The translations under genes were made by a program, and so were the position numbers. A stretch of DNA of 64,000 nt from Promethearchaeota archaeon. GTDB taxonomy: Archaea > Asgardarchaeota > Lokiarchaeia > Sigyniarchaeales > SOKP01. The notes below the pieces were generated by a model that ran no database searches, was not told the DNA's origin, and saw only the letters and a program-made list of their open reading frames with translations. The stretch is from the NCBI GenBank assembly GCA_030599585.1, contig JAUVNS010000004.1:128001-192000 (forward strand). Reading direction: 5' to 3'. This document shows, piece by piece, positions 1 to 8,354 of the stretch. Each line of letters begins with the position of its first letter. The stretch's first letter is position 1.

Positions 1-1470
1 AGTTGACTTGTCTATAAATTTCTTTAAATTCTCTGGTTTATCTGGTAATGATAATTTTCCATTAAGAAATTGTCCTGTATAGGAATTACTAACATTTTTT
101 AGCTCATCTATTGTTCCTTGGAAAACTAATTCTCCACCATTTTTTCCTGCACCTGGACCAATGTCAATAATCTCATCAGCTATTTCAATAAAGCGTTTAT
201 CATGTTCTACAATTATAATCGTATTCCCTAAATCTTTCAATTTCTTCAACAATTCTATTAATGAGTCTTTTTCTCGTTCATGCAAACTCATACTTGGCTC
301 GTCCAGGATATATATTAGAGAATCAATACCTGCATCTAAATGAGTCATTAACGACAATCTTTGGAGTTCACCACCACTTAGTGTGGGTAATGGTCGATTT
401 AAATTAATATACGATAAACCTACACCTCTCATACTTCTTAGTCCTTTGATTACAAGCTCGCTCATATTCTTTCCTTGAATCGTTTTTATATTATTTTTTT
501 TCAATTCTTTTAGAAAAGAGATCAATTGGTCGATAGGCATCTTTGCTAACTCGCCAATATGTTTATCTCCAATTTTTACACTTCTAGCTTGTTCGTTTAT
601 TTTATATCCCTCACATTCAGCACATTTTTTTAAAGACATGAAATTTTTATGAATCTTATCTCGTCGATATACACTCTTTGATTCTGTAAGAGCACGTTTT
701 ATATGAGGGATAATTCCTTCAAATACTCTTTCTAAAATCCCCGTAAAGGTTTTCGAGTCCCAATCAAAAGGTAGTATTTTCCCACTCCCATACAAAAATA
801 TTTGTTTAATATTTTCAGGTAAATCTTTATATGGCGTATTTATGTCAAAATCATAAAACTTTGGAAGTTGCTCTACAAATCTGATTTGATCACCAAATAC
901 TGGTGAACCGGCTTTAGTAATTTGAATAAGATTTCTATTATAATCTTGAACAATTAAATCTTCAGTCAGATGCATTTGATAACCCCGTCCTTTACAGGCT
1001 AAGCACATCCCACTTGGTTCGTTGAAACTGAAGTGCTTAATCTCCAAGCGATCTACTACCATACCACAAATATCGCACTCAAGATTTTGATTTACTGGTT
1101 CTTTACAAATAGGACAAATTAATTTCCCTTCTGTCGCATATAACATCCTCAGAAGATTATATAACCTGGTTTTTGTTCCGACTGTAGAACGAGGATTAAA
1201 TACGCGAGTTGTTCTTTGTTCCACTGCTACAGTAGGACTTAATCCTTCAATTAAATCAAACGGTTTTTCATCTTCAAACTTTGGAGGAAACCCAATAGAT
1301 TGTAAATATCGATTCATTCCTTCGTCAAAAATAATGTCAAAAGCTAAACTTGATTTACCTGAACCTGATACGCCTGTAATTAGGATCATTTTTTTTTTAG
1401 GGATTTCTACATTCAAATCCTTTAAATTATGGAGTCTTGCTCCTACTACTCTTATTTTATCCATTCTCAT
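1..1470 (-). CDS. uvrA: UvrA-family ABC ATPase lacking the UvrB-binding domain (UvrA2/DrrC-like); 3' end runs off the window
   Basis: Not in ORF track. Manual translation from ATG at 1470 (or 1464): MDKIRVVGARLHNLKDLNVEIPKKKMILITGVSGSGKSSLAFD...NPRSTVGT...CPICKEPVNQNLECDICG...FSFNEPSGMCLACKGRG...LSGGELQR...ILDEPS...VEHD...DIGPGAGKNGG. These are the UvrA NBD1 motifs; the frame is open to position 1. Confidence 0.93.
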   Translation of the reverse strand, partial: MRMDKIRVVGARLHNLKDLNVEIPKKKMILITGVSGSGKSSLAFDIIFDEGMNRYLQSIGFPPKFEDEKPFDLIEGLSPTVAVEQRTTRVFNPRSTVGTKTRLYNLLRMLYATEGKLICPICKEPVNQNLECDICGMVVDRLEIKHFSFNEPSGMCLACKGRGYQMHLTEDLIVQDYNRNLIQITKAGSPVFGDQIRFVEQLPKFYDFDINTPYKDLPENIKQIFLYGSGKILPFDWDSKTFTGILERVFEGIIPHIKRALTESKSVYRRDKIHKNFMSLKKCAECEGYKINEQARSVKIGDKHIGELAKMPIDQLISFLKELKKNNIKTIQGKNMSELVIKGLRSMRGVGLSYINLNRPLPTLSGGELQRLSLMTHLDAGIDSLIYILDEPSMSLHEREKDSLIELLKKLKDLGNTIIIVEHDKRFIEIADEIIDIGPGAGKNGGELVFQGTIDELKNVSNSYTGQFLNGKLSLPDKPENLKKFIDKST

Positions 1471-1482
1471 TCATTACCCATT

Positions 1483-1926
1483 TTATTTTAAATTTGGATT
1501 TAATTTATTGCCACAATCAAAACATTCAGCATCGTGGACGCAGATTTCTCCACCACAGTCCGGACATTGATATAACTTTTCTTTTTCTTGAATCCATTGT
1601 TCAAATCCAACCTCTTGAAGTCTCTTCAGATTCTTAACCAGGCTCACACCATACCTTTTAGAATATAGCTCATCAATTCTTTTCAGGTTTGAACATGGAA
1701 AAGTGTCGCATTCGTAACAGAACTCAATTTCATTTTTTCTTATTAACGCACATTCTTTTTTTATGAAGGCACAATTTTTATTTCGAATCCTACAGCCTTT
1801 GCAACCCTGTTTATACCCTCTTTCTTCTAAGATATCTTTTTTCAATAACAAATATGATCTACATGCTCCGCAATAAATTCCGCATGGAGCTGCTAAATTT
1901 TTTTCATACATTTTTTTTCTCTTCAA
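1483..1926 (-). CDS. DUF3795-type Cys-rich protein with C-terminal zinc ribbon
   Basis: APCGIYCGAC...CKGCR...CYECDTFPC pattern plus CPDCG...CFDCG. Confidence 0.8.
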   Translation of the reverse strand: MKRKKMYEKNLAAPCGIYCGACRSYLLLKKDILEERGYKQGCKGCRIRNKNCAFIKKECALIRKNEIEFCYECDTFPCSNLKRIDELYSKRYGVSLVKNLKRLQEVGFEQWIQEKEKLYQCPDCGGEICVHDAECFDCGNKLNPNLK

Positions 1927-1939
1927 ATTTTGAGTTTAT

Positions 1940-2965
1940 TTAATTTATTAAACTGTAATATCTTTTTAACACTTTTAAAGCGTTCAATGTGATCCACTTG
2001 CTTTCTTTACCTATTTGCTCGACTCTTACTTGCATCCGCCCATTAAATGATTTTTCTAACTTCCAACGGCCACTCTTATCTTGTTTAGATATAACTAAAT
2101 CGAAAGCATCGCGCATACGATCGTCTTTATATCCTAATCTTGTTAATATATCTAAAACTTCCAAGGCATCAATTTTCCACATTAATGGAAAACCAAATTG
2201 AGTCCACTCTTGCTTAGCTATAACATCCTGATCATGACTTTTTTTGTATATGCGGTGTTTTAGCAGATAATCTACTGCTCTATTAATTATCTCTACAACT
2301 TTTTTTGATCTAATATTAGGAGGAATTTCTGAAAGTGCTTTCAAATTTTTTACAATTCCCATATGACATGTGTGTTTTCCCCAACATTTTTCCTTTTTCT
2401 CGTAAGGCCAACCACTTGGAGACTTGTCTATTCCATCATCGTATCGTTGAAAATTCAAAATACATTCAATTCCATTTTGAACCCTTGAATCCTCCAAATA
2501 TCCAAACTTTATAAGAGCCCATATCATATTACCTGTTAAACATGGGATTACTAAATCAGCAGTACCTCCATTATCATCACTGCCACGAGCAGAAAACCCG
2601 CCACTTGCTCGATGTTGGGAAATATTAAGAATAAATTCGCAAGTTTGTCTGATTCGTTCATCGTTTGCATCCGCATTGAGTTCTGCTAAGAGTATAAAAC
2701 TCCATATTGTTCCTTTATATTTAGCTTTAATGTAAAAATTATTACGGTTTAACCAATATTCACCATCTATTTGTTTGCTAAGAATTTTAGGGACAAGTCC
2801 AGATTTCATGATCTCTTTTTTTGCTGAGATTACCTCTGCATTATCTTCAGGTTTATTTAGTATTTCAGTTAAAGTAAAAAATCGAACTGAAGGATTACTT
2901 TCTTCTAAAAGCCAATCTATAGGGTCCTCATTTAACAAAGATTTCCAAGCATTCATTTTTTTCAC
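1940..2965 (-). CDS. Prenyltransferase/squalene-cyclase-like alpha/alpha-barrel protein, function unknown
   Basis: QW-like repeats (QIDGEYW, QHRASGGF, QRYDDG, QDKSGRW); family motifs PCLTGNM, FGFPLMW, SKWITL. Confidence 0.7.
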   Translation of the reverse strand: MKKMNAWKSLLNEDPIDWLLEESNPSVRFFTLTEILNKPEDNAEVISAKKEIMKSGLVPKILSKQIDGEYWLNRNNFYIKAKYKGTIWSFILLAELNADANDERIRQTCEFILNISQHRASGGFSARGSDDNGGTADLVIPCLTGNMIWALIKFGYLEDSRVQNGIECILNFQRYDDGIDKSPSGWPYEKKEKCWGKHTCHMGIVKNLKALSEIPPNIRSKKVVEIINRAVDYLLKHRIYKKSHDQDVIAKQEWTQFGFPLMWKIDALEVLDILTRLGYKDDRMRDAFDLVISKQDKSGRWKLEKSFNGRMQVRVEQIGKESKWITLNALKVLKRYYSLIN

Positions 2966-2982
2966 TTTTGGTTAAAAACGGT

Positions 2983-4122
2983 TTAGATTTTTAGTTTGTT
3001 TAATTTATTAAACAAAATTTCTTCCTGGTTAAGAATATCATAAGCAATATGCTGTAGTTCTTCTAAATTGATAAAATTTAGGCACTCATCCTTGTATTCT
3101 TCTGCTGATTCCTTCAAAGTGTCTGCGATCGCAGTCCAATTATGTGCAGACTTACTAATAATGGGAATGCACTCTTCAATAATTCTGAAATCTTCGCTTT
3201 TCCATGCTTTAGGACCTTCTTTAATCTCGGGATGATCTAGTAATTCTTCTAGGAAATTTCTATATAGATTACGAAAACTTGACCCTCCAGTGCCCCAAGT
3301 TTCAATATATCCATGCAATAGTTCAAACATTAATCTCGCACGGGAAATCGGTTTACCTAGCGGATCTTTTGCTAATCCCTGCAATTTTTTATCCCACTGA
3401 GGAATAGATGCTGCGAATTGTTTTAACCCTTGAACCCCGTTATTGTTTACGGATGGACGCAACATGTTGTCTACCACTTTTTTAATAGCAACTTTTACTC
3501 CCGCTGCTAAAGGTGGATGTTTTCCGTCAGGTCTTCTTACCATGGAAAATTGGGCATTGCTCGGATGCATGAATTTCGGACCGTGCTCAGAACTTCTTGC
3601 TTGTTTTAATTTTTCTATCGGGACTTCTTGGAAGCCTTCAAATTCTGAATCACCTACAAATGCCATACCATTCTCATCATTATAACCTGCTAAAGTTATT
3701 GCATGTCCTCCAAAATGAATTTCTCCCTCCCTTTCAAAATAGGGCAAATATCCCAGATCGGCTTTGAGGATTAAAGGTATATTTTGGGTTAACATCTTTT
3801 TTGACTCTTCCCATGCTTTATTAGCGCTAGAAAAAGACTGCTTCCTTAATGTGATTCCTAATAATCGACAAGCTAGAGAATTTGGTTCAATTGTTCCCTG
3901 CTTTCCTCCAAGAAAAAAAGGAATATCTGATTCAGGTATAAATGAAACACTATTGGTGGTATCGAAAAATCCGAATCCCATCGTAGCATCTAAACCAAAT
4001 GCCATAGGCTCCGACATAGGAAAACCATGAAATTCAAACATATCTCTCATTGAGGATGATTCACAATGATAACCAATTCTGTGAATAAAATCATTTACTA
4101 GGCATTTTTGAGCTAATTTCAT
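2983..4122 (-). CDS. BtrH-like papain-fold (C39-like) hydrolase with DUF4872-type C-terminus
   Basis: HCESS (Cys), FGGHAITLAGYN (His), VGDS (Asp) triad pattern; GTGGSSFRNLY in the C-terminal part. Confidence 0.8.
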   Translation of the reverse strand: MKLAQKCLVNDFIHRIGYHCESSSMRDMFEFHGFPMSEPMAFGLDATMGFGFFDTTNSVSFIPESDIPFFLGGKQGTIEPNSLACRLLGITLRKQSFSSANKAWEESKKMLTQNIPLILKADLGYLPYFEREGEIHFGGHAITLAGYNDENGMAFVGDSEFEGFQEVPIEKLKQARSSEHGPKFMHPSNAQFSMVRRPDGKHPPLAAGVKVAIKKVVDNMLRPSVNNNGVQGLKQFAASIPQWDKKLQGLAKDPLGKPISRARLMFELLHGYIETWGTGGSSFRNLYRNFLEELLDHPEIKEGPKAWKSEDFRIIEECIPIISKSAHNWTAIADTLKESAEEYKDECLNFINLEELQHIAYDILNQEEILFNKLNKLKI

Positions 4123-4663
4123 CTCCCCCGTCGATTTTTTCTATAACCCATTCCATAAATAAAATATCAGTTTCAAGTATTTTTATTGGATGAATAAATA
4201 ACCCTGAAACATTTATCGGAAAATTAGGATTGACCTTGAGCATATTTTCCAACTCAAGCTTATGTTTTTTCATTGTCTCTATTGAATAAGAAAAAGCTTC
4301 AATCATTTGCTCCGTGCTCAAGAGTGGAAGCATAGAAAAAGCGACATAAAAATCCTCATCATTTTTACCAATAAATCCCTTAATTACGTTATAAACCTTC
4401 TCCTTTAGTATTTTTGCACCATAATCTGTAATTGTGTATACTTTTCGCTTCCGATGATCCACTTCTTCTTCATAATGTTCTACTAATTTTATATCCTCAA
4501 GTTCTAGAATTACTCTATATATTGAAGATTTACCTATTGCTGTCCATTCTCTCATTCCTCTTTCATCTATTCGTTGATTGATACTATATGCATGACTAGG
4601 TGTTTCTGCTACCAATCCTAGAATAACAAATTGCTTATGACTTATTTCTTCCATCATTCTCAT
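4091..4663 (-). CDS. PadR-family transcriptional regulator
   Basis: ILGLVAETPSHAYSI...SSIYRVILELE...RKVYTITDYG winged helix with helical C-terminus. Confidence 0.9.
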   Translation of the reverse strand: MRMMEEISHKQFVILGLVAETPSHAYSINQRIDERGMREWTAIGKSSIYRVILELEDIKLVEHYEEEVDHRKRKVYTITDYGAKILKEKVYNVIKGFIGKNDEDFYVAFSMLPLLSTEQMIEAFSYSIETMKKHKLELENMLKVNPNFPINVSGLFIHPIKILETDILFMEWVIEKIDGGDEISSKMPSK

Positions 4664-4672
4664 TTTTCCTAA

Positions 4673-4710
4673 TATTCTTAAATGAGAGTATATATTCTCA
4701 TATGAGAATA
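4673..4710. promoter_or_regulatory. Two tandem 18-bp palindromes, putative PadR operators
   Basis: Perfect palindrome TATTCTCATATGAGAATA (4693-4710) and imperfect copy TATTCTTAAATGAGAGTA (4673-4690), 20-bp period, just upstream of padR. Confidence 0.7.
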
Positions 4711-4778
4711 ATCAACATAATTATATATATGTTTTCCCGTTCAATAATTTTTAATTCAGCTATTCATACATTAAAACC

Positions 4779-5516
4779 ATGTCAAAAGAAATACCACAAA
4801 ATGAAAATGATAAGAGTGATAAACCACTTCCTCTTTGGACAATAGCACTCATCCCAGTTTACATTTCTGTTTTATTTATACTCATGTTTTTCCCCCTCGC
4901 TCAAGATTGGTTATGGATTGAAGCTTGGTTATTCATCGTATCATTTGTTATTAATATGACAATCAGTTTCTTTATCATAAACAAGAAGAATCCGCGAGTT
5001 CTTCGGAACCGGATGAAGGTGAAGAAAGTCGGTGTCACAGAGAAAACAAAAAGTTCAGCAGGATCAGATAAATTTTTATTGCCGATTCTTGCTATCGGAT
5101 TTATTGGAGCATTTATACTGCCTGTATTCGATTACCGTTATCAATGGTCTTCAATTCATTTCATAGTGGAGATTATAAGTCTTGTGGTTGCGAATATTGG
5201 ACTAATAATAATGGATATCGCAATGGTACAAAATGCATACGCCTCAAAAGTACTTGATATAAACAAAGACCAAAAACTCATTGATACAGGATTATATAGT
5301 CATGTTCGCCATCCTCTCTACTCGGGGGCATTTTTAATGATGCTTGGACTGCCCATTGCGCTAGGATCGTGGATATCATTAATTCCTGCTACAATCGGAG
5401 TAATATCCTTAATAATCCGAATAAAATTCGAGGAGGAAATGCTCATTAAGGGAATGGAAGGCTATGATGAATATCGAATTCGAGTAAAATACAAAATAAT
5501 CCCTAAAATCTACTGA
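4779..5516 (+). CDS. Isoprenylcysteine carboxyl methyltransferase (ICMT/PEMT) family membrane protein
   Basis: Several TM segments; LIDTGLYSHVRHPLYSG and RIKFEEEML...Y..Y motifs. Confidence 0.88.
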   Translation: MSKEIPQNENDKSDKPLPLWTIALIPVYISVLFILMFFPLAQDWLWIEAWLFIVSFVINMTISFFIINKKNPRVLRNRMKVKKVGVTEKTKSSAGSDKFLLPILAIGFIGAFILPVFDYRYQWSSIHFIVEIISLVVANIGLIIMDIAMVQNAYASKVLDINKDQKLIDTGLYSHVRHPLYSGAFLMMLGLPIALGSWISLIPATIGVISLIIRIKFEEEMLIKGMEGYDEYRIRVKYKIIPKIY

Positions 5517-5628
5517 TTTAACGTTATATACCTTTCAATTTTAATACAAAATGTTATTTATGATTTTTTACTAAGTTTTTTTTCCATATTGAGTAAGATA
5601 TTTCTTATTTAAATCATAGAGTTACATT

Positions 5629-7062
5629 ATGAATGAAGAAACGGAAGAAATTTTAACAATTATAGCTGAAAAAGCACAGCTAGCAGAAGGCGTTGAAGGA
5701 GTTAGATCAATCCTCCTTACTATGTTTCGCTTTCCTTCATTAAAAAACAAAAAAGTTTCCCAAAAAACTGGAATCGCTATCCCTGCCCTAGCAGCAGCTC
5801 GGGGTGAGTTAGTAAAAGCAGGAATCGTAGAAAAGAAAAATTATCTTGGCGAAAAAGGCAGAACTTGGATTCGTAAAAATTTGAACTTAAAATTTGAGTA
5901 TGATCCTCTTCCAAATAATTTTGACTTGTCTTTAGCTGAAATTCCAGAAGAATATGCTTCTATTAATAAAATAAAAGAAATTTTAAATAATCGTCCTGAA
6001 CCAGATTTTGCATTAGACCAATCACATGCCATTTCTACTACAGTAATAAATCGTGCTCTTTATCTCTTAAAAAAAGGAGATATAGAGGGAAGGAAAATAG
6101 TATTCCTTGGGGATGACGACGCTACTTCTTTAGCCGTTGGCTTATTGAACTTAACTGAAGAAATAACGGTCATAGATATCGATCCTAACGTCTTAAAATT
6201 TCTTTCAGAGAGTGCAAATACCCTTTCTTTAAAAAATTTCACTGTTATTTCGCACGATCTCAGAGATCCCTGCCCTACTAATATTCTTAATAATTATGAT
6301 ATTGTTTTGATGGATCCTCCTTATACTAATGAAGGGTTACGTTTATTTCTAAAAAGAGCTAAACAAGTTTTAAAAACTAGCATAGTTATCGAAGGAAATA
6401 TGCATAAAGTTTTAGGTAAAAAATGTCTCTTATCCTTTGGAAACAAACCACCCAAAGAAATGCTACATATTCAACTATCTATTTTAGATCATGGATTCAT
6501 AATAAAAGAAATGATTCCATATTTCAATCTTTATAAGGGAGCAAGTATATTGGGCCAGTTTAGTCACCTCTATTATATAGAATTAGCTGAAATTCAAAAC
6601 ATAGAGGATACATTAAGTTTAAATGCGCTCCCAATATACACTTCCGAACTAAAAAAAAGAAAAACTAATCCTTACCGTCCTATTGGATATCATTTTGTTG
6701 GAGAAATGCGTTTTACAGACCAAAACTTCCTTTTAGAAAATGAAAAAATTCAAAAAATCTTTCTAGACTCGCTAACTTACGCAGATTTAATAATTTACGA
6801 CATATTTCACCACAATTACCAACCATTTGGATATAGTGCTGTTGCCATACTTAAAACAAGTCATGCAGCAATTCATACCTGGCCAGAACACGGATATATT
6901 AGCGTTGATATATTTATATGTGACGAGTTCTCTAAAGGATTAGAAGTCCTAAAATTCTTGAAAAATCATTTTAAACCCGAAAAATATGAGTTTCTTTATA
7001 TGGAGCGAGGGAAGGGTTCTATGATTAAATATGAACCACTCGATTTAGAAAACAAGAGATAG
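5629..7062 (+). CDS. Branched-chain polyamine synthase (BpsA/DUF43) fused to C-terminal pyruvoyl-dependent S-adenosylmethionine decarboxylase (SpeD/SpeH class)
   Basis: BpsA motifs RPEPDFALDQ, GDIEGRKIVFLGDDD (GDDD at 6109-6120), IDIDP, HDLRDP, MDPPYT. From about 6685: GYHFVGE...QPFGYSAVAILKTSHAAIHTWPEHGYISVDIFIC...ERG, the AdoMetDC proenzyme pattern. Confidence 0.88.
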   Translation: MNEETEEILTIIAEKAQLAEGVEGVRSILLTMFRFPSLKNKKVSQKTGIAIPALAAARGELVKAGIVEKKNYLGEKGRTWIRKNLNLKFEYDPLPNNFDLSLAEIPEEYASINKIKEILNNRPEPDFALDQSHAISTTVINRALYLLKKGDIEGRKIVFLGDDDATSLAVGLLNLTEEITVIDIDPNVLKFLSESANTLSLKNFTVISHDLRDPCPTNILNNYDIVLMDPPYTNEGLRLFLKRAKQVLKTSIVIEGNMHKVLGKKCLLSFGNKPPKEMLHIQLSILDHGFIIKEMIPYFNLYKGASILGQFSHLYYIELAEIQNIEDTLSLNALPIYTSELKKRKTNPYRPIGYHFVGEMRFTDQNFLLENEKIQKIFLDSLTYADLIIYDIFHHNYQPFGYSAVAILKTSHAAIHTWPEHGYISVDIFICDEFSKGLEVLKFLKNHFKPEKYEFLYMERGKGSMIKYEPLDLENKR

Positions 7063-7190
7063 AGTTAATAAAATAAAAAGACACTATCCTAATAGTTAAA
7101 AATTTGTATAAAAAAGTTGAGAAAATATTATAAATAATTATATAAATATTTTTTAATACTGATTGTTATCTTCTACAAGAGTTATGCGAG

Positions 7191-7844
7191 GTGCCAACCA
7201 TGGAAGAAAAAAAATTAACAGAATTAAATGATCTTAAAGAAATTGCAATAGGAAAAATAAAGTCTGCATACAATCGCTCGATTGATGCTGAAGCAACCCA
7301 TTCAGTTCTCTGGGATATCACTGAAAGAAAGAGGAATACGCTACTAAAGCTTGCTCTATTAATTAGTATTTTTATCATAGTCTTTGCTTATTTACCGTTT
7401 CTTTTTGGCGAAGTTGTAATAATATGGGTTTTTAGTTTAATTGCTGAAATTTTAGCTTTTGTAATAGCTGGATTAGTAATTTATGGAATTTTCCTTGCCA
7501 ATTATTCGAAAGCTCATAAACAACTTATTCACGCCTCTATTCTCTTGCGAAGACAGAGTCTGGATTTCCTCCAATATAAATTAGATAATTTAGATAAAAA
7601 ATCTTATATCGAAGAATTGAAGTCTTTAGAAGTAAATGATAAGGACCTAAAAGAAAAAACTCAGCTGCATACTGAAAAAATATCAACTCAATTAATAATG
7701 AGAATTACATACAATATCGAAGAACTTGAAAAAGCGGGGTTTAAAAAGCATATTATTACTCAACAAGCAATAGATTCTGCCAACGAAAAATTACAGAAAT
7801 TCACCGCGTTGAGAACTTGCGAAGCGTGGCTTAAATTTGATTAA
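7191..7844 (+). CDS. Two-TM membrane protein, SLATT-like architecture
   Basis: N-terminal helix with ATH, two adjacent hydrophobic helices, then HKQL...LLRR and a helical C-terminus. Confidence 0.5.
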   Translation: MPTMEEKKLTELNDLKEIAIGKIKSAYNRSIDAEATHSVLWDITERKRNTLLKLALLISIFIIVFAYLPFLFGEVVIIWVFSLIAEILAFVIAGLVIYGIFLANYSKAHKQLIHASILLRRQSLDFLQYKLDNLDKKSYIEELKSLEVNDKDLKEKTQLHTEKISTQLIMRITYNIEELEKAGFKKHIITQQAIDSANEKLQKFTALRTCEAWLKFD

Positions 7845-8354
7845 AAACCTTTTTTTGTGTTTGTGAAGTCTACTTTGTTAACAAAATTGTCAAATAACTT
7901 CATTTTTATATGTTCTATCAACACAAATTATAATCCTTAACACTCGCTTTTATATAATTTGAAAACAAATATGTTATTGAAGGATTGCAAGAAATTCGCA
8001 GCTAACATTGGATTTCAGAGAATATGGTTTCTATATTTTCGATTAAGCCCTCTATTAAACTCAAATATGAGTTTAATTCTCTCTTAACCTAAAATACTTC
8101 GGCTCGAATTGACGCTCCTTTTCCTACTTTTTCATAGATTCTATTTTTTGATTGAAGATTTGCCCTTAAAATTAAAGATCGGTTTGCTTAATCCCCCAAT
8201 CACCATAAAATGTTTAAATTTTGTTTGAACTCTACGAAAGAATTTAATAAATTATAACAAAAATTTTTATAGAAATTATATGGTAATTATATTGTTAGTT
8301 TTCTACTTAAAAGTAGATAATGATCAAAAATAAAACTGAATCCGGAAAGACAAA

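Noticed and set aside
161-1637. Plus-strand ORFs 161-343, 1334-1570 and 1437-1637
   Set aside because: Antisense shadows of the uvrA-like and DUF3795 genes; the same applies to most short ORFs overlapping long genes in the track
1940-2965. True squalene/oxidosqualene cyclase implying hopanoid or sterol synthesis
   Set aside because: Only one barrel (341 aa) and no DXDD/DCTAE catalytic motif
4779-5516. ICMT acting on the Rab-like GTPase (eukaryote-like prenyl processing)
   Set aside because: The GTPase has no C-terminal Cys motif, and this ICMT-like family is widespread in prokaryotes
7980-8210. Possible decayed minus-strand ORF with an internal TAG (possible readthrough)
   Set aside because: No start, no recognisable homology, multiple stops; cannot be supported as a pseudogene or pyrrolysine gene
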